64,000 nt of DNA, taken from positions 928,001-992,000 of the forward strand of contig JAXGZN010000002.1 in assembly GCA_040776945.1 (NCBI GenBank). The letters are read 5' to 3'. The position numbers were made by a program, and so were the translations under genes. How positions within the stretch are numbered: the first letter of the stretch is position 1; every line of letters starts with the position of its first letter. Source of the DNA: Methanomassiliicoccaceae archaeon. Lineage in GTDB: Archaea > Thermoplasmatota > Thermoplasmata > Methanomassiliicoccales > Methanomassiliicoccaceae. A model generated the notes under the pieces. The model made no database searches. It was not told the DNA's origin and was given only the letters and a program-made list of their open reading frames with translations. Shown here in pieces: positions 9,081 through 19,098 of this stretch.

Positions 9081-11293
9081 CTTACTGTTGCCCCGCTGGG
9101 CAGTCTCGGGTCTGCCGTGACCGGAGCGCCCTTATCAGTATAGAAAATGAGGGCCTCGTCCGCGTCCGGGGAAGGGAGGAAGACCGCCACCTTCGAGCCT
9201 TCGGCGGCCTGGGGGCCGCTGTATTTTACCTCCCGGCCTACGTCGAGCTTGTCCTTGCCGATCGCCGTGCCGACCCTGAGGACAAGCTTCTGGAAGTCCT
9301 TGAACTCGATCTGCTTCTCTCCGGGGACCGTGCCGCTGCTCACCTGGTCGCCCGGTTCTGCGCCTTCAGGAGGCGTTAGGAGCGCGACGACCTCGCCGGC
9401 CTCTGCGGCCAGGAGCATGCCCTGCGATTCTTGACCCCTTAGCTTGGCGGGTTTGAGATTGGACACCACCACGACCTTCCGGCCCTTGAGCTGCTCAGGC
9501 GAGTAGTACGCCTTAAGGCCGGCCACGATCTGAACCTTCCTGCCGATGTCCACCTGCATCAGCAGGAGCGTATCGGCGTTGGGGTGATCGCCGACCTCGA
9601 CGATCCGGCCGACCTTGAGGTTCAAGGCGCCGAAGCCTTTGAACTTCGATCCTTCCTCATCCTTCTCCACGGCGATCTTGGAGAAGAGAGGTTTGGGCTC
9701 GAGCAACCTCTGCCCACTCTCCAACGGGATTCCGGCGGCACGCCATCCTGCGGATTCCAGCGTGCCGTCCTGCCCCAGGAGCTTCCACGCTCCCTTGGCC
9801 GAATTGGGAAGGAACGGATAGCTGAGAACTGCGAGCGCCTTCACCAGCTCGAGGTTGAGATTGAGAGCGGAGCCGCAGGCATCCCGGTCCTTCTTGATCA
9901 AGGCCCAAGGGCCGACCGAATCGAAGTATCGGTTGCCGTATTGGGCCAGGTCCATGATGCTCTTGAGCGCCCTTTTGAACTCGCATGCTTCGAGATCGGC
10001 GGAGATATGCACCTGAGCGTCCTCGATGGCCTTCATCAATGCACTGCGGTCCTCCTTCGTCCCTTTGTATTCGGGCACAGCCCCGAAGTGCTTGTAGGTA
10101 AAGCTGAGCACGCGATGATAGAAGTTGCCAAGCGTCGCCACCAGCTCATTGTTCACCTTGATCTCGAAGTCTGCCCATGAGAAGTCGGCGTCCTTGTTCT
10201 CCGGCATGTTCGCCGCAACGTAGTAGCGGATGGCGTCGACCTCGAACCGCTGCAGCATGGAGGGGATGTCTATGCTGTTGCCGCGGCTCTTGGAGAGCTT
10301 GTCCCCCCGGAATGTGAGGAACTCGTTGGCCGGGACGTCGTACGGCAGGTTCAACCCGCCGTAGCCGGTGAGCATTGCCGGCCAAATGATGGTGTGGAAC
10401 GGGATGTTGTCCTTGCCCAGGAAGTAGAAGCTCCGGACCTCAGGGTCCTGCCAATAGCTCCTCCACTCATCCGGACGGCCGATCGTACTGGCCCACTCCT
10501 TGGACGCGGACAGGTAACCTATGACCGCCTCGAACCAGACGTAGATCACCTTGCCTTCCCAGCCGGGCAGGGGCACCGGAACGCCCCATGACATGTCCCT
10601 GGTTATGGGGCGGTCCTGCAGGCCGGCCTCCAGCCAGTTCTTGGTGAACAGTTTCACCGAGGACTTCCAGTTGTCCTTCCCCGAGACCCAGTCGATAAGG
10701 GGCTGCTGGAACTCGGACAGCCTGAGGAAGTAGTGCTCGGTCTCCCTCATTTGAGGCGCAGTGCTGCAATGCAGGCAGGCGGCCTCCACGAGCTCGCCGC
10801 CCTCGAAGGTCTTTCCGCATCTCTCGCATTGGTCCCCCCGGGCCTTCTCGTTGCCGCAGTACGGGCACTTACCCTCGACATAACGGTCGGGAAGGAACTT
10901 CTCACATTCCGGACAATAGTACTGCTGGGTACCTTTCTTGTAAAGGTGTCCCTTGTCCTTCAAGGTCAAGAACACATCATCGACGACGTTGATGTGATTT
11001 GAGGTATGGGTCTTGGTGAACAGCGAGAACTCTATGCCCAGGCCTTCGATGGCCTTCTTGTTTATTTCATGATACCGCTCGGCGATGGTCTCCGGGGTCA
11101 CCCCTTCCTTGTCCGCCTTGACGGTGATCGGCGTACCATGCTGGTCCGACCCTGACACCATCAGCACCTCGTTCCCGATCATACGGTGGTACTTTGAGAA
11201 TATGTCAGGAGGGAGCAGGGAACCGGCCACATGCCCCAGATGGATAGGGGCGTTTGCGTATGGCCAGGCGACGCACACTAAGACCTTTGCCAT
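9077..11293 (-). CDS. metG: Methionine--tRNA ligase with C-terminal tRNA-binding domain
   Basis: PYAN..HLGH, Zn knuckles, YVWFEA, KLSKS, EMAP-like SQGMLLAA domain. Confidence 0.97.
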   Translation of the reverse strand: MAKVLVCVAWPYANAPIHLGHVAGSLLPPDIFSKYHRMIGNEVLMVSGSDQHGTPITVKADKEGVTPETIAERYHEINKKAIEGLGIEFSLFTKTHTSNHINVVDDVFLTLKDKGHLYKKGTQQYYCPECEKFLPDRYVEGKCPYCGNEKARGDQCERCGKTFEGGELVEAACLHCSTAPQMRETEHYFLRLSEFQQPLIDWVSGKDNWKSSVKLFTKNWLEAGLQDRPITRDMSWGVPVPLPGWEGKVIYVWFEAVIGYLSASKEWASTIGRPDEWRSYWQDPEVRSFYFLGKDNIPFHTIIWPAMLTGYGGLNLPYDVPANEFLTFRGDKLSKSRGNSIDIPSMLQRFEVDAIRYYVAANMPENKDADFSWADFEIKVNNELVATLGNFYHRVLSFTYKHFGAVPEYKGTKEDRSALMKAIEDAQVHISADLEACEFKRALKSIMDLAQYGNRYFDSVGPWALIKKDRDACGSALNLNLELVKALAVLSYPFLPNSAKGAWKLLGQDGTLESAGWRAAGIPLESGQRLLEPKPLFSKIAVEKDEEGSKFKGFGALNLKVGRIVEVGDHPNADTLLLMQVDIGRKVQIVAGLKAYYSPEQLKGRKVVVVSNLKPAKLRGQESQGMLLAAEAGEVVALLTPPEGAEPGDQVSSGTVPGEKQIEFKDFQKLVLRVGTAIGKDKLDVGREVKYSGPQAAEGSKVAVFLPSPDADEALIFYTDKGAPVTADPRLPSGATVR

Positions 11294-11789
11294 TATATCG
11301 GCCAGTGGATTGTGGAGGAAGGATTTAAGCATTGATGGGCACTGGTCAACGACCGGGCCGGCAAGGATTGGCGGTTGCCAGGTCCTTCGATATGCCCTGG
11401 ACAATGGTGTCCGATATCATGACAGATAGTCCCATCGGCCCGCACCTTAGTGAAAGGCCAGGAAGTTGATGTAAGAAGCGATATCCCACAAATGTCCCGG
11501 CAAATCGCACCGGCCCTCCGGACCGCCATGCCTTCTTTCTAATGACCGAACGTTATATCGCCGTGCCGCTATCGGACCATTGCCGGAAGGTCCCTGACCG
11601 GCTGACATCCATGCGTTCCGAGCGTATGCAACGCGCTGCTGCGGCACTTGCGGGGGCCGCCTCACCTCCATGACGTGGCATATCGAAGGGAGCGGCCTTT
11701 CAGGGGCTTGTTCACATCGACCGGAGGGACCTGATCTAAAAAGGAGATGATAATCATCTTTTTATCAGAGAGTCAGTATTGCGAAATCC

Positions 11790-13562
11790 ATGCGCATAGC
11801 CGTACTGCTGAGGGACCACTGCCAGCCTAAGAAGTGCAACGCTGAGTGCAGGAGCTACTGCCCTAAGGTGCGCACCGGCGTGGAGGCGGTGGTCATCGGA
11901 GAGGGCGGGAAGCCGGTGATCTCCGAGGAGCTGTGCGCAGGATGCGGCATCTGCGTGCACAAATGTCCGTTCGAGGCCATCAAGATCATTGGCCTGCCAG
12001 AGGAGCTGAAGTCCGATCTTATGCACCAGTACGGGCTCAACGGGTTCCGGATCTACCGCCTCCCTGTGCCGAAACGCGGCCTCGTGACCGGCATTCTTGG
12101 TCCCAACGGGATCGGCAAGACGACCTCGATAAGATTGCTGTCCGGGGAGGAGACCCCCAACTTCGGAAGCTATGAGAGTCCGCCGAGCAGGGAGGAAGTG
12201 CTTTCCAGGCTCTCCGGAACAGAACTGGGCGACTACTTGGCTAAAGTGTATGCCGGAAACGTGCGGACGGCGCTCAAGCCGCAATACGTGGACAAGCTTC
12301 CAAGGGTGGTCAAGGGAGTGGTGAGGGAACTGCTGTCGAAGGTCGCGGAGCGCATGACCGTAGACCAGGCCGCAGAGCTATTGGAGCTGGAGGAGATCAT
12401 CGACCGGCCACTGGACAAGCTGTCAGGGGGCGAGCTGCAGCGGGTTGCCATTGCCGCCTCTCTGATGAAGGATGCCGACACCTACTTCTTCGATGAGCCG
12501 TCCTCATATCTGGACATCTACCAGCGCATCAGGGTGGCGCGGCTCATCCAGCAGCTAGCCCAAGAGAAGCAGGTAGTGGTCATAGAGCATGACCTGGCCA
12601 TCCTTGATTTCCTCGCGGACAACGCCTACCTGGTCTATGGCTCGGAGGGCGCGTACGGCGTGTTCGCTCAACCGCGCCAGGTGCGCATCGCCATCAACAC
12701 CTACCTGGACGGATACATGCGGGAGGAGAACATCCGCTTCCGGGACACCCAGATACGGTTCGAGTCGCATCCCCCGCGGGACAGCCAGGTCACGGCGCAC
12801 CTGCTTGACTACCCTCGCCTGGAGTGCGACTTCAAGGAGTTCAAGCTTTCCGCGGAGCCGGGCACCATCAAGGTCGGCGAATCGGTCGGCGTGGTGGGCC
12901 CCAATGCCATCGGGAAGACGACTTTCGTCAAGATGCTGGCCGGCATTCAGGAGCCGACCGCGGGGAAGGTGGACAAGAGCGTCAAGGTTTCGTACAAGCC
13001 CCAGTACATCGCCCCGGACTTCGACGGCTCGGTCATGGAGCTTTTCATGGTGACGAATCACGAGTTCTTCCGGTCCGGCTTCTTCGAGAGCGAGATCGCG
13101 CACCCTCTGATGCTGAAAAGGCTCTACGAGAAGAACGTCAACACCTTGTCCGGGGGCGAGCTTCAGAGGGTAGCGATCGCCATCTGCCTGTCACGAGAGG
13201 CCGACATGTATCTGCTGGACGAGCCGTCGGCATACCTGGACTCGAACCAGAGGATGGAGGCGGCCAAGACCGTTCGCAGGGTCATGGAGAAGCGGGGCCG
13301 CAGTGCACTCATCGTCGACCACGACATATACTTCCTGGACATGGTCTCCGACTCCATCATGGTCTTCTCCGGGCAGCCGGGGAAGGAAGGTCGTGCCAAC
13401 GGGCCGTTCGACATGCGGATAGGGATGAACAAGTTCCTCAGAGAGGTCGACGTGACCTTCCGCCGCGACAATGATACCAACCGGCCTCGGATCAACAAGC
13501 CTGGCTCGCGGCTCGACCGCGAGCAAAAGGAGAGGGGCGAATACTACTACTCTGATGCCTAG
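11790..13562 (+). CDS. rli: Ribosome recycling ATPase ABCE1/RLI
   Basis: N-terminal Fe-S cysteines; two ABC cassettes (GPNGIGKT, LSGGELQR); C-terminal GEYYY. Confidence 0.97.
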   Translation: MRIAVLLRDHCQPKKCNAECRSYCPKVRTGVEAVVIGEGGKPVISEELCAGCGICVHKCPFEAIKIIGLPEELKSDLMHQYGLNGFRIYRLPVPKRGLVTGILGPNGIGKTTSIRLLSGEETPNFGSYESPPSREEVLSRLSGTELGDYLAKVYAGNVRTALKPQYVDKLPRVVKGVVRELLSKVAERMTVDQAAELLELEEIIDRPLDKLSGGELQRVAIAASLMKDADTYFFDEPSSYLDIYQRIRVARLIQQLAQEKQVVVIEHDLAILDFLADNAYLVYGSEGAYGVFAQPRQVRIAINTYLDGYMREENIRFRDTQIRFESHPPRDSQVTAHLLDYPRLECDFKEFKLSAEPGTIKVGESVGVVGPNAIGKTTFVKMLAGIQEPTAGKVDKSVKVSYKPQYIAPDFDGSVMELFMVTNHEFFRSGFFESEIAHPLMLKRLYEKNVNTLSGGELQRVAIAICLSREADMYLLDEPSAYLDSNQRMEAAKTVRRVMEKRGRSALIVDHDIYFLDMVSDSIMVFSGQPGKEGRANGPFDMRIGMNKFLREVDVTFRRDNDTNRPRINKPGSRLDREQKERGEYYYSDA

Positions 13563-14215
13563 GGGCCGCACGCCTTTCTCGTGGTCCTCCACCTCAGGAC
13601 ATAGTGGGCGAGCAAGGCCAAGGCGCCGATGACGACAATGTACTCGAGCGGACGGTACAACGTTTCCACGGCCTGCCAGTTCTCTCCCATCACCATCCCG
13701 ATGTAGGCTAGGGCAAGGCACCAGGGCAGCGACCCGATGGTCGACAGAGCGATGAACCGCCGGAACGGCATCCTGGCCACCCCCGCAGGCAGCGAGATGA
13801 ACGTCCTGATCACTGGCAGAAGACGGGACCCCAGGACCGCCCAGTCGCCGTATCTATGGAACCAGTGCTCCGCCAGGTCCAGGTGCCTCTCGTTCAGCTT
13901 TAAGTATCGGCCGTATCGGTTAATTAAAGGACGGCCGCCCCTGAGGCCGATATAGTAAGCTATGATCGAGCCGATCGTGCAGCCGAGCGTGCCGGCCAGA
14001 GCGACGAGAAGCGCATCTAAAAGCGGGTCACCGGTGAGAGCCAGGCGGCCCATTGCCGCGAGCGCACCTCCGAACGGAAGGACCATCTCGCTGGGAACGG
14101 GCAGGCACATGCTTTCCAGCGCCATGAGGACGACTATGCCAGGATATCCGCCGCCCTGAACGAGCTGCATGATGGCCTGGACCATCCATGCCATTAGGCC
14201 CTCCACTATGTCCAT
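13559..14215 (-). CDS. DedA family membrane protein
   Basis: LESMCLPVPSE, RLLPVIRTFISLPAG. Confidence 0.92.
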   Translation of the reverse strand: MDIVEGLMAWMVQAIMQLVQGGGYPGIVVLMALESMCLPVPSEMVLPFGGALAAMGRLALTGDPLLDALLVALAGTLGCTIGSIIAYYIGLRGGRPLINRYGRYLKLNERHLDLAEHWFHRYGDWAVLGSRLLPVIRTFISLPAGVARMPFRRFIALSTIGSLPWCLALAYIGMVMGENWQAVETLYRPLEYIVVIGALALLAHYVLRWRTTRKACGP

Positions 14216-14641
14216 CAGGACGTCGAGACCGAGCGGCGATATATAACTTGTCAGAGGAAGGAGCGCGGGTACGCATGCAATATCGCATCACGGTTCGAAC
14301 TAACGGCGTTCTCAAGAACGCCGCGAAGCTACCCCGGCCGTGATGATATGAGGACCGTGATTGACGATGTGCCTTAGTTCCAAGATAGACTGGACGAGCG
14401 GTTGTTCCATTGTTTCCCGGACCTGCACTGAGGCGCTGCCATCAATGGTGGAACGGACCCGATAGGGACGAACGAGACGGCCACCGTCCACATCCTCCGG
14501 CGACTCTCCCGGCGATCGCCTGGACGCTGATATGTTCCCGTAAAGAGCGCCGACGCGATCGGCCGCCACATCGTCTGAGAAAAGATGGTGTAACGGACGA
14601 TGCCGTTCTTAGACGACATCTCCGTGATCGGGCAATATTGC

Positions 14642-15904
14642 CTAAGCCGGGGCCTTGGCTCCGTTGCCCGCCTTGGCCTTGGCCTTGGCCTTCGCCGGGG
14701 CCTTCACGCCCGCGGCCTTTAGGAGGGCGTCGACCTTGTCGACCTTCTCCCATGTGAACTCCGGCTCGTTGCGCCCGAAGTGACCATAGGCGGATGTCTT
14801 TGAATAGATCGGCCGGCGGAGATTAAGGGCACCCATGATCCCATCGGGAGAGAGGTCGAAGACCTTCACCACGGCCTGGGAGATCTTCTCCTCGGGAACG
14901 ATCGCGGTCCCGCCGGTGTCCACCATGACCGACACCGGCTGCACGACGCCGATGGCGTAGGCGAGTTGTACCTCGACCCTCTTGGCCAGCCCAGCGGCGA
15001 CGATGTTCTTTGCAATATATCTGCACATGTAGGCGGCCGAGCGGTCAACCTTGGTGGGGTCCTTTCCCGAGAACGCGCCGCCTCCATGACGGCCCATGCC
15101 TCCGTACGTATCTACGATTATCTTGCGCCCAGTCACGCCGGAGTCCCCGCAGGGGCCGCCGATGACGAACCTTCCAGTGGGGTTGATGAAGTACTTGGTC
15201 TTGGCATCTATCCATTTCCCGCACACCGGCTTGATGACCTTGTCCTTCATGGCCTTCTCGATGATGGCGTGGACCTTCTCGTCCTCGGTCTCACCGTCGA
15301 TGACCGGCGCGTGCTGGGTGGACACGACCACGGTGTCGATGCGCTTAGGGACCCCGTCCTCGTATTCGACCGTTACCTGTGTCTTGCCGTCCGGCCTGAG
15401 CCATGGGAGCGTTCCGTCCTTCCGTACCTTGGCCAGCTGCATCGCCAGCTTTTGGGCCATGAGTATGGGGAGCGGCATGAGCTCAGGGGTCTCGTCGGTC
15501 GCGTACCCGAACATCAGGCCTTGGTCGCCTGCGCCGGTGGCCAGTTTCTTCCCCTTCTTCTTGCGGCATACGCCCATAGCGATGTCCGCGGACTGATCGT
15601 GCAACGAGGATAGGACGCAGATATGGTCGGAATCGAAGCCATACTCGGGGCGGTCATAGCCGATCTCCCGCACCGCCTTGCGTATCACCTTGTCTGCGTC
15701 CACATGCACGTTCAAGCAAGGGTCGGTCTTCACCTCGCCGGCCACGATGACCATGCCCGTGGTCGCCATGGTCTCGATCGCGATGTGCGCGTTGGGGTCC
15801 TGTGCCAGATATGCGTCTAGGATAGAGTCGGAGATACGGTCGCAAAGCTTGTCGGGGTGACCTTCGGTCACGGACTCCGATGTGAATACGTGGGTTACCA
15901 TCAT
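14642..15904 (-). CDS. metK: S-adenosylmethionine synthetase, bacterial/eukaryotic type
   Basis: [33 protein letters not shown]; Ala/Lys-rich tail. Confidence 0.96.
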   Translation of the reverse strand: MMVTHVFTSESVTEGHPDKLCDRISDSILDAYLAQDPNAHIAIETMATTGMVIVAGEVKTDPCLNVHVDADKVIRKAVREIGYDRPEYGFDSDHICVLSSLHDQSADIAMGVCRKKKGKKLATGAGDQGLMFGYATDETPELMPLPILMAQKLAMQLAKVRKDGTLPWLRPDGKTQVTVEYEDGVPKRIDTVVVSTQHAPVIDGETEDEKVHAIIEKAMKDKVIKPVCGKWIDAKTKYFINPTGRFVIGGPCGDSGVTGRKIIVDTYGGMGRHGGGAFSGKDPTKVDRSAAYMCRYIAKNIVAAGLAKRVEVQLAYAIGVVQPVSVMVDTGGTAIVPEEKISQAVVKVFDLSPDGIMGALNLRRPIYSKTSAYGHFGRNEPEFTWEKVDKVDALLKAAGVKAPAKAKAKAKAGNGAKAPA

Positions 15905-15969
15905 GACCACTTCTTGAGGCTAAAACACGGGAGGGTATATATATTTTAACGCATCATACCATGCATAGA

Positions 15970-15990
15970 ATTATAACTGATGGTTATAAT
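15970..15990. promoter_or_regulatory. Perfect 8-5-8 inverted repeat ATTATAAC-TGATG-GTTATAAT (candidate operator)
   Basis: Lies in the metK/HTH-CBS divergent region and overlaps the regulator start codon. Confidence 0.6.
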
Positions 15991-16510
15991 GGAGCTATCC
16001 GAGATAAGAAGGCTGAGGCAGAAAGCAGGCATGTCCCAGACCGAGCTGGCCCAGAAGGCCGGAGTGTCCCAGGCCCATATCGCAAAGATAGAGAGCGGGA
16101 AGGTCGATCCAAGGTACTCAACGGTCGACCGCATCCTCCGTTGCCTCAAGGAAGAGCAGAAGGACCACTGCTCCAAATACATGACCGAGACCCTTTTCAG
16201 CGTGCAGGTGGACGATACCGTGGATATGGTCACCGAGATAATGGGCGAGAGGGGCGTATCTCAGCTACTGGTGTTCAGAGGAGAGAGCATCGTAGGCATG
16301 ATAACCGAGGAAGACCTGTTGAGGTTCAAGGGGAACCCTGGGAATACGCCGGCCGGAGAGGTGATGAGCGAACCTCCTCCCACCGTCTCCAGGAGCACCA
16401 GCTCGGACACGGTCAAGGAACTGCTGCTGGAGTTCCCAGCGGTGGTGGTCGTGGACCGGGATAAGGCTGTGGGAATATTGACCAAATCGGACCTCATCAA
16501 GCGGGATTGA
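15989..16510 (+). CDS. XRE/Cro-type HTH + CBS-pair transcriptional regulator
   Basis: SQTELAQKAGVSQAHIAKIESG HTH; two CBS domains (GMITEEDL, GILTKSDL). Confidence 0.9.
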   Translation: MELSEIRRLRQKAGMSQTELAQKAGVSQAHIAKIESGKVDPRYSTVDRILRCLKEEQKDHCSKYMTETLFSVQVDDTVDMVTEIMGERGVSQLLVFRGESIVGMITEEDLLRFKGNPGNTPAGEVMSEPPPTVSRSTSSDTVKELLLEFPAVVVVDRDKAVGILTKSDLIKRD

Positions 16511-16582
16511 GCTAGCGCCTTTTTTGGACGAAGAACCCTGCTCGCATAATGTTAAATGCCGGTTTGGTCTAACCAACCCTCA

Positions 16583-17500
16583 ATGGGTAAGGCGGACGCC
16601 CACGTTCACACCAAGTACTCCGGGCTGCACCGGATGGGAGTGCTTCGGTTCCCCGAGTCGGTATCCGAGCCTAGGGACGTAATCGTCCAAGCGCGTACAG
16701 CAGGGATGGACGTGGTCTGCATCACTGACCACAACTCCATCAAGGGCGCTTTAAAGGCCCGCGAGATCGCAAAAGGCCTGGGCGGAATAGAGGTCATCGT
16801 GGGCGAGGAGATCAGCACCACTGACGGCGAGGTCATTGGGCTTTACCTGGAGGACGAGATACCTCCCAGGCTGTCAGCGGAGGAGACCATCGACCTCATT
16901 AGGGCGCAGGACGGCATAGTCATCGCCCCTCACCCGTTCAGCCTGCACTGTCCTTGCCTCGGAGAGCGCATCGAGGAGCTTGACGTGGACGGCATTGAGG
17001 TGCTCAATGGGGGCCACATTGATAACTTCGCCAATCCGCGCGCGGACAAGGCCGCTCAGGGCGGGAAGTTCGCAAGGATAGGCGGGTCCGACTCCCACTA
17101 TCTAAAGACCATCGGTCTAGCCTACACTAACTTCGTCGGAAGCAATGCGGAGGATCTGAGAAAGGCGATATTGTCCAAGAGGACCGAGGCGGGAGGACGC
17201 GTCATCCCGCTCGACAAGGCCATCGCCTGGAGCGTAGAGGTGGTGCTCGAATCGGACCGATTGATCGTCCGTTCCATGTTCGGCCTGGACCGAGAACCGA
17301 CGGACGATCCGATAAGGACCCTAGTTCACAAGATGAAGCTGGGGCAGAAGATCGGCGCGCTGGTCGGCTCCTTTTTCTACTTCCTTCCGCCGGTCCCTTA
17401 TCTGATAGGCATAGCGAGCAAGAAGGTGCTGTGCCAAAGAGGGGACGAGGAACGGACCGGCGACGGCAGCGGCCTCGGCCACCTTGGGCTCTTCGACTGA
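16583..17500 (+). CDS. PHP-domain protein with hydrophobic C-terminal segment
   Basis: DAHVHT, ITDHN, PHPF, GGSDSH. Confidence 0.85.
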   Translation: MGKADAHVHTKYSGLHRMGVLRFPESVSEPRDVIVQARTAGMDVVCITDHNSIKGALKAREIAKGLGGIEVIVGEEISTTDGEVIGLYLEDEIPPRLSAEETIDLIRAQDGIVIAPHPFSLHCPCLGERIEELDVDGIEVLNGGHIDNFANPRADKAAQGGKFARIGGSDSHYLKTIGLAYTNFVGSNAEDLRKAILSKRTEAGGRVIPLDKAIAWSVEVVLESDRLIVRSMFGLDREPTDDPIRTLVHKMKLGQKIGALVGSFFYFLPPVPYLIGIASKKVLCQRGDEERTGDGSGLGHLGLFD

Positions 17501-18892
17501 TCAATGCCTGTGCTCGTGCTCAGGGTCCTGCAGCCGTCCGAGGGCGGAGATGAGCACCTCGTTAAGCGCGGGGTGAATGATCTGGCTCCTGGCCATTGGC
17601 ATGTATGACATGTCCCCCGCGTTCATGAGATAGACCATCTGCTGCACCAGGAGGTCCGCCTCCTTCCCCACTATATGGGCCCCCAAGATCCTCCGAGTGC
17701 CCTTTTCCACCATCACCTTCACCAGACCAGTATCATCGTTCATGGCACTGCCCTTGGCAACCATCGCGTAGCGGCTTACCCCTATGAGGTACTTGAGGCC
17801 GCCGGCCTTGGCCTGCTCTTCTGTCATCCCCACGCTCCCTACCGTCGGGTAGGTATAGACGGCGTGAGGGATGGCATGCTCGTCCGTCTCTGCCAACTCC
17901 TTGTTGTTCATATTGTGCCAAACCACTTGGCTCTCATAGTTGGCGGTATGACGGAACATGTGCCGACCAGTGATATCTCCCAGGGCCCAGATGTCCGGGG
18001 CGGTCGTCCTCAGGAACGGATCGACCTTGATATATCCGCGTTCGTCCGTTCCCACGCCTGTCGCGCTGACGTTCAGCAGATCGGCGTTGCTGACCATCCC
18101 GGTGCCGATGAACAGTCTTTCGGCCTCCTCGACCACGATGGCTCCGGTCTCCCGGTCCTCTCTTACGACCTCCACCCCTCCAGGAACGGGCCTGACCTCC
18201 TTTACCGACTGGTTGGTGGATATTGATACGTGCCGTCCGAGCATCTTCTTTACAACGAAGCTCATCTCCGGCTCCTCGTCCGGCAGAAGACGGACGTTCC
18301 TTTGGACGATGGAGACCTTGGTCCCCATGGCAGAGAAGAAGTGTCCGAGCTCACAGGATTTGTATCCGCCGCCCAGCATGATGATGCTCTCGGGCAGGGT
18401 GGTGATGTCAAAGATATTCTCCGACAGAAGGTACGGCACCTTGTCCAGCCCCGGTATCGATGGGATGTGGGAACGGGCGCCGGCGGCTATCACTATGCGG
18501 GGAGCGCGGATCTTCTCGCTGCCGACCGCGAGCGTATGATCGCCGACGAACTTGCCTTGGACCTTGTAAAGCTTCATTCGGGGGTCGGCCTCGACCGCCT
18601 CCTCTATGTGGCCGCGGTCTCGGAGCACCACGTCCCAAGTTCTCCTCCGGATGAGGTCGAAGTCCGCGCTCTCGACCTTAGCGTTCACGCCCACCCGGCC
18701 GGCGTCCTCGATCTCCCTGATAATATCGGCGGGATATATCCACATCTTTGACGGTATGCAGCCGCGGTTCAGGCACGTCCCTCCCAGCGGACCGCTCTCC
18801 ACCAGGGCGACCTTCAGTCCGGCATTTACCGCCGGGTCCACGATGTTCAGGCCGGCCCCGGAGCCTATTATGATCATGTCGAACTCTTCCAC
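17501..18892 (-). CDS. Class I pyridine nucleotide-disulfide oxidoreductase (dihydrolipoyl dehydrogenase / mycothione reductase-like)
   Basis: IIIGSGAG, GGTCLNRGCIPSK, C-terminal IHPALNE; GTG start inferred. Confidence 0.88.
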   Translation of the reverse strand: MEEFDMIIIGSGAGLNIVDPAVNAGLKVALVESGPLGGTCLNRGCIPSKMWIYPADIIREIEDAGRVGVNAKVESADFDLIRRRTWDVVLRDRGHIEEAVEADPRMKLYKVQGKFVGDHTLAVGSEKIRAPRIVIAAGARSHIPSIPGLDKVPYLLSENIFDITTLPESIIMLGGGYKSCELGHFFSAMGTKVSIVQRNVRLLPDEEPEMSFVVKKMLGRHVSISTNQSVKEVRPVPGGVEVVREDRETGAIVVEEAERLFIGTGMVSNADLLNVSATGVGTDERGYIKVDPFLRTTAPDIWALGDITGRHMFRHTANYESQVVWHNMNNKELAETDEHAIPHAVYTYPTVGSVGMTEEQAKAGGLKYLIGVSRYAMVAKGSAMNDDTGLVKVMVEKGTRRILGAHIVGKEADLLVQQMVYLMNAGDMSYMPMARSQIIHPALNEVLISALGRLQDPEHEHRH

Positions 18893-19098
18893 TAGAACCC
18901 CACTAACGCTATCTCGAGCGGCCATTATAATTCATCGCCATAAAAACGCATTCTCGGACCTCTATCTCGGAAGCTGCCCCAAGGCCGGAGCGTGGACCTA
19001 ACTGCGCTTATAGACAGTGACCGCTACCACCTGATTCCGACCGATAGCCTATATGGTCCATGACCTTGTCGAGGTTCGGCGCTCCGGCCGACGCGCGC

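Noticed and set aside
13559-13562. Convergent genes sharing a CTAG stop overlap (also 24633-24636)
   Set aside because: A common 4-bp convergent overlap in compact genomes
14631-14642. 12-bp palindrome GGCAATATTGCC at the metK stop
   Set aside because: Isolated, not in a promoter position, and compatible with chance
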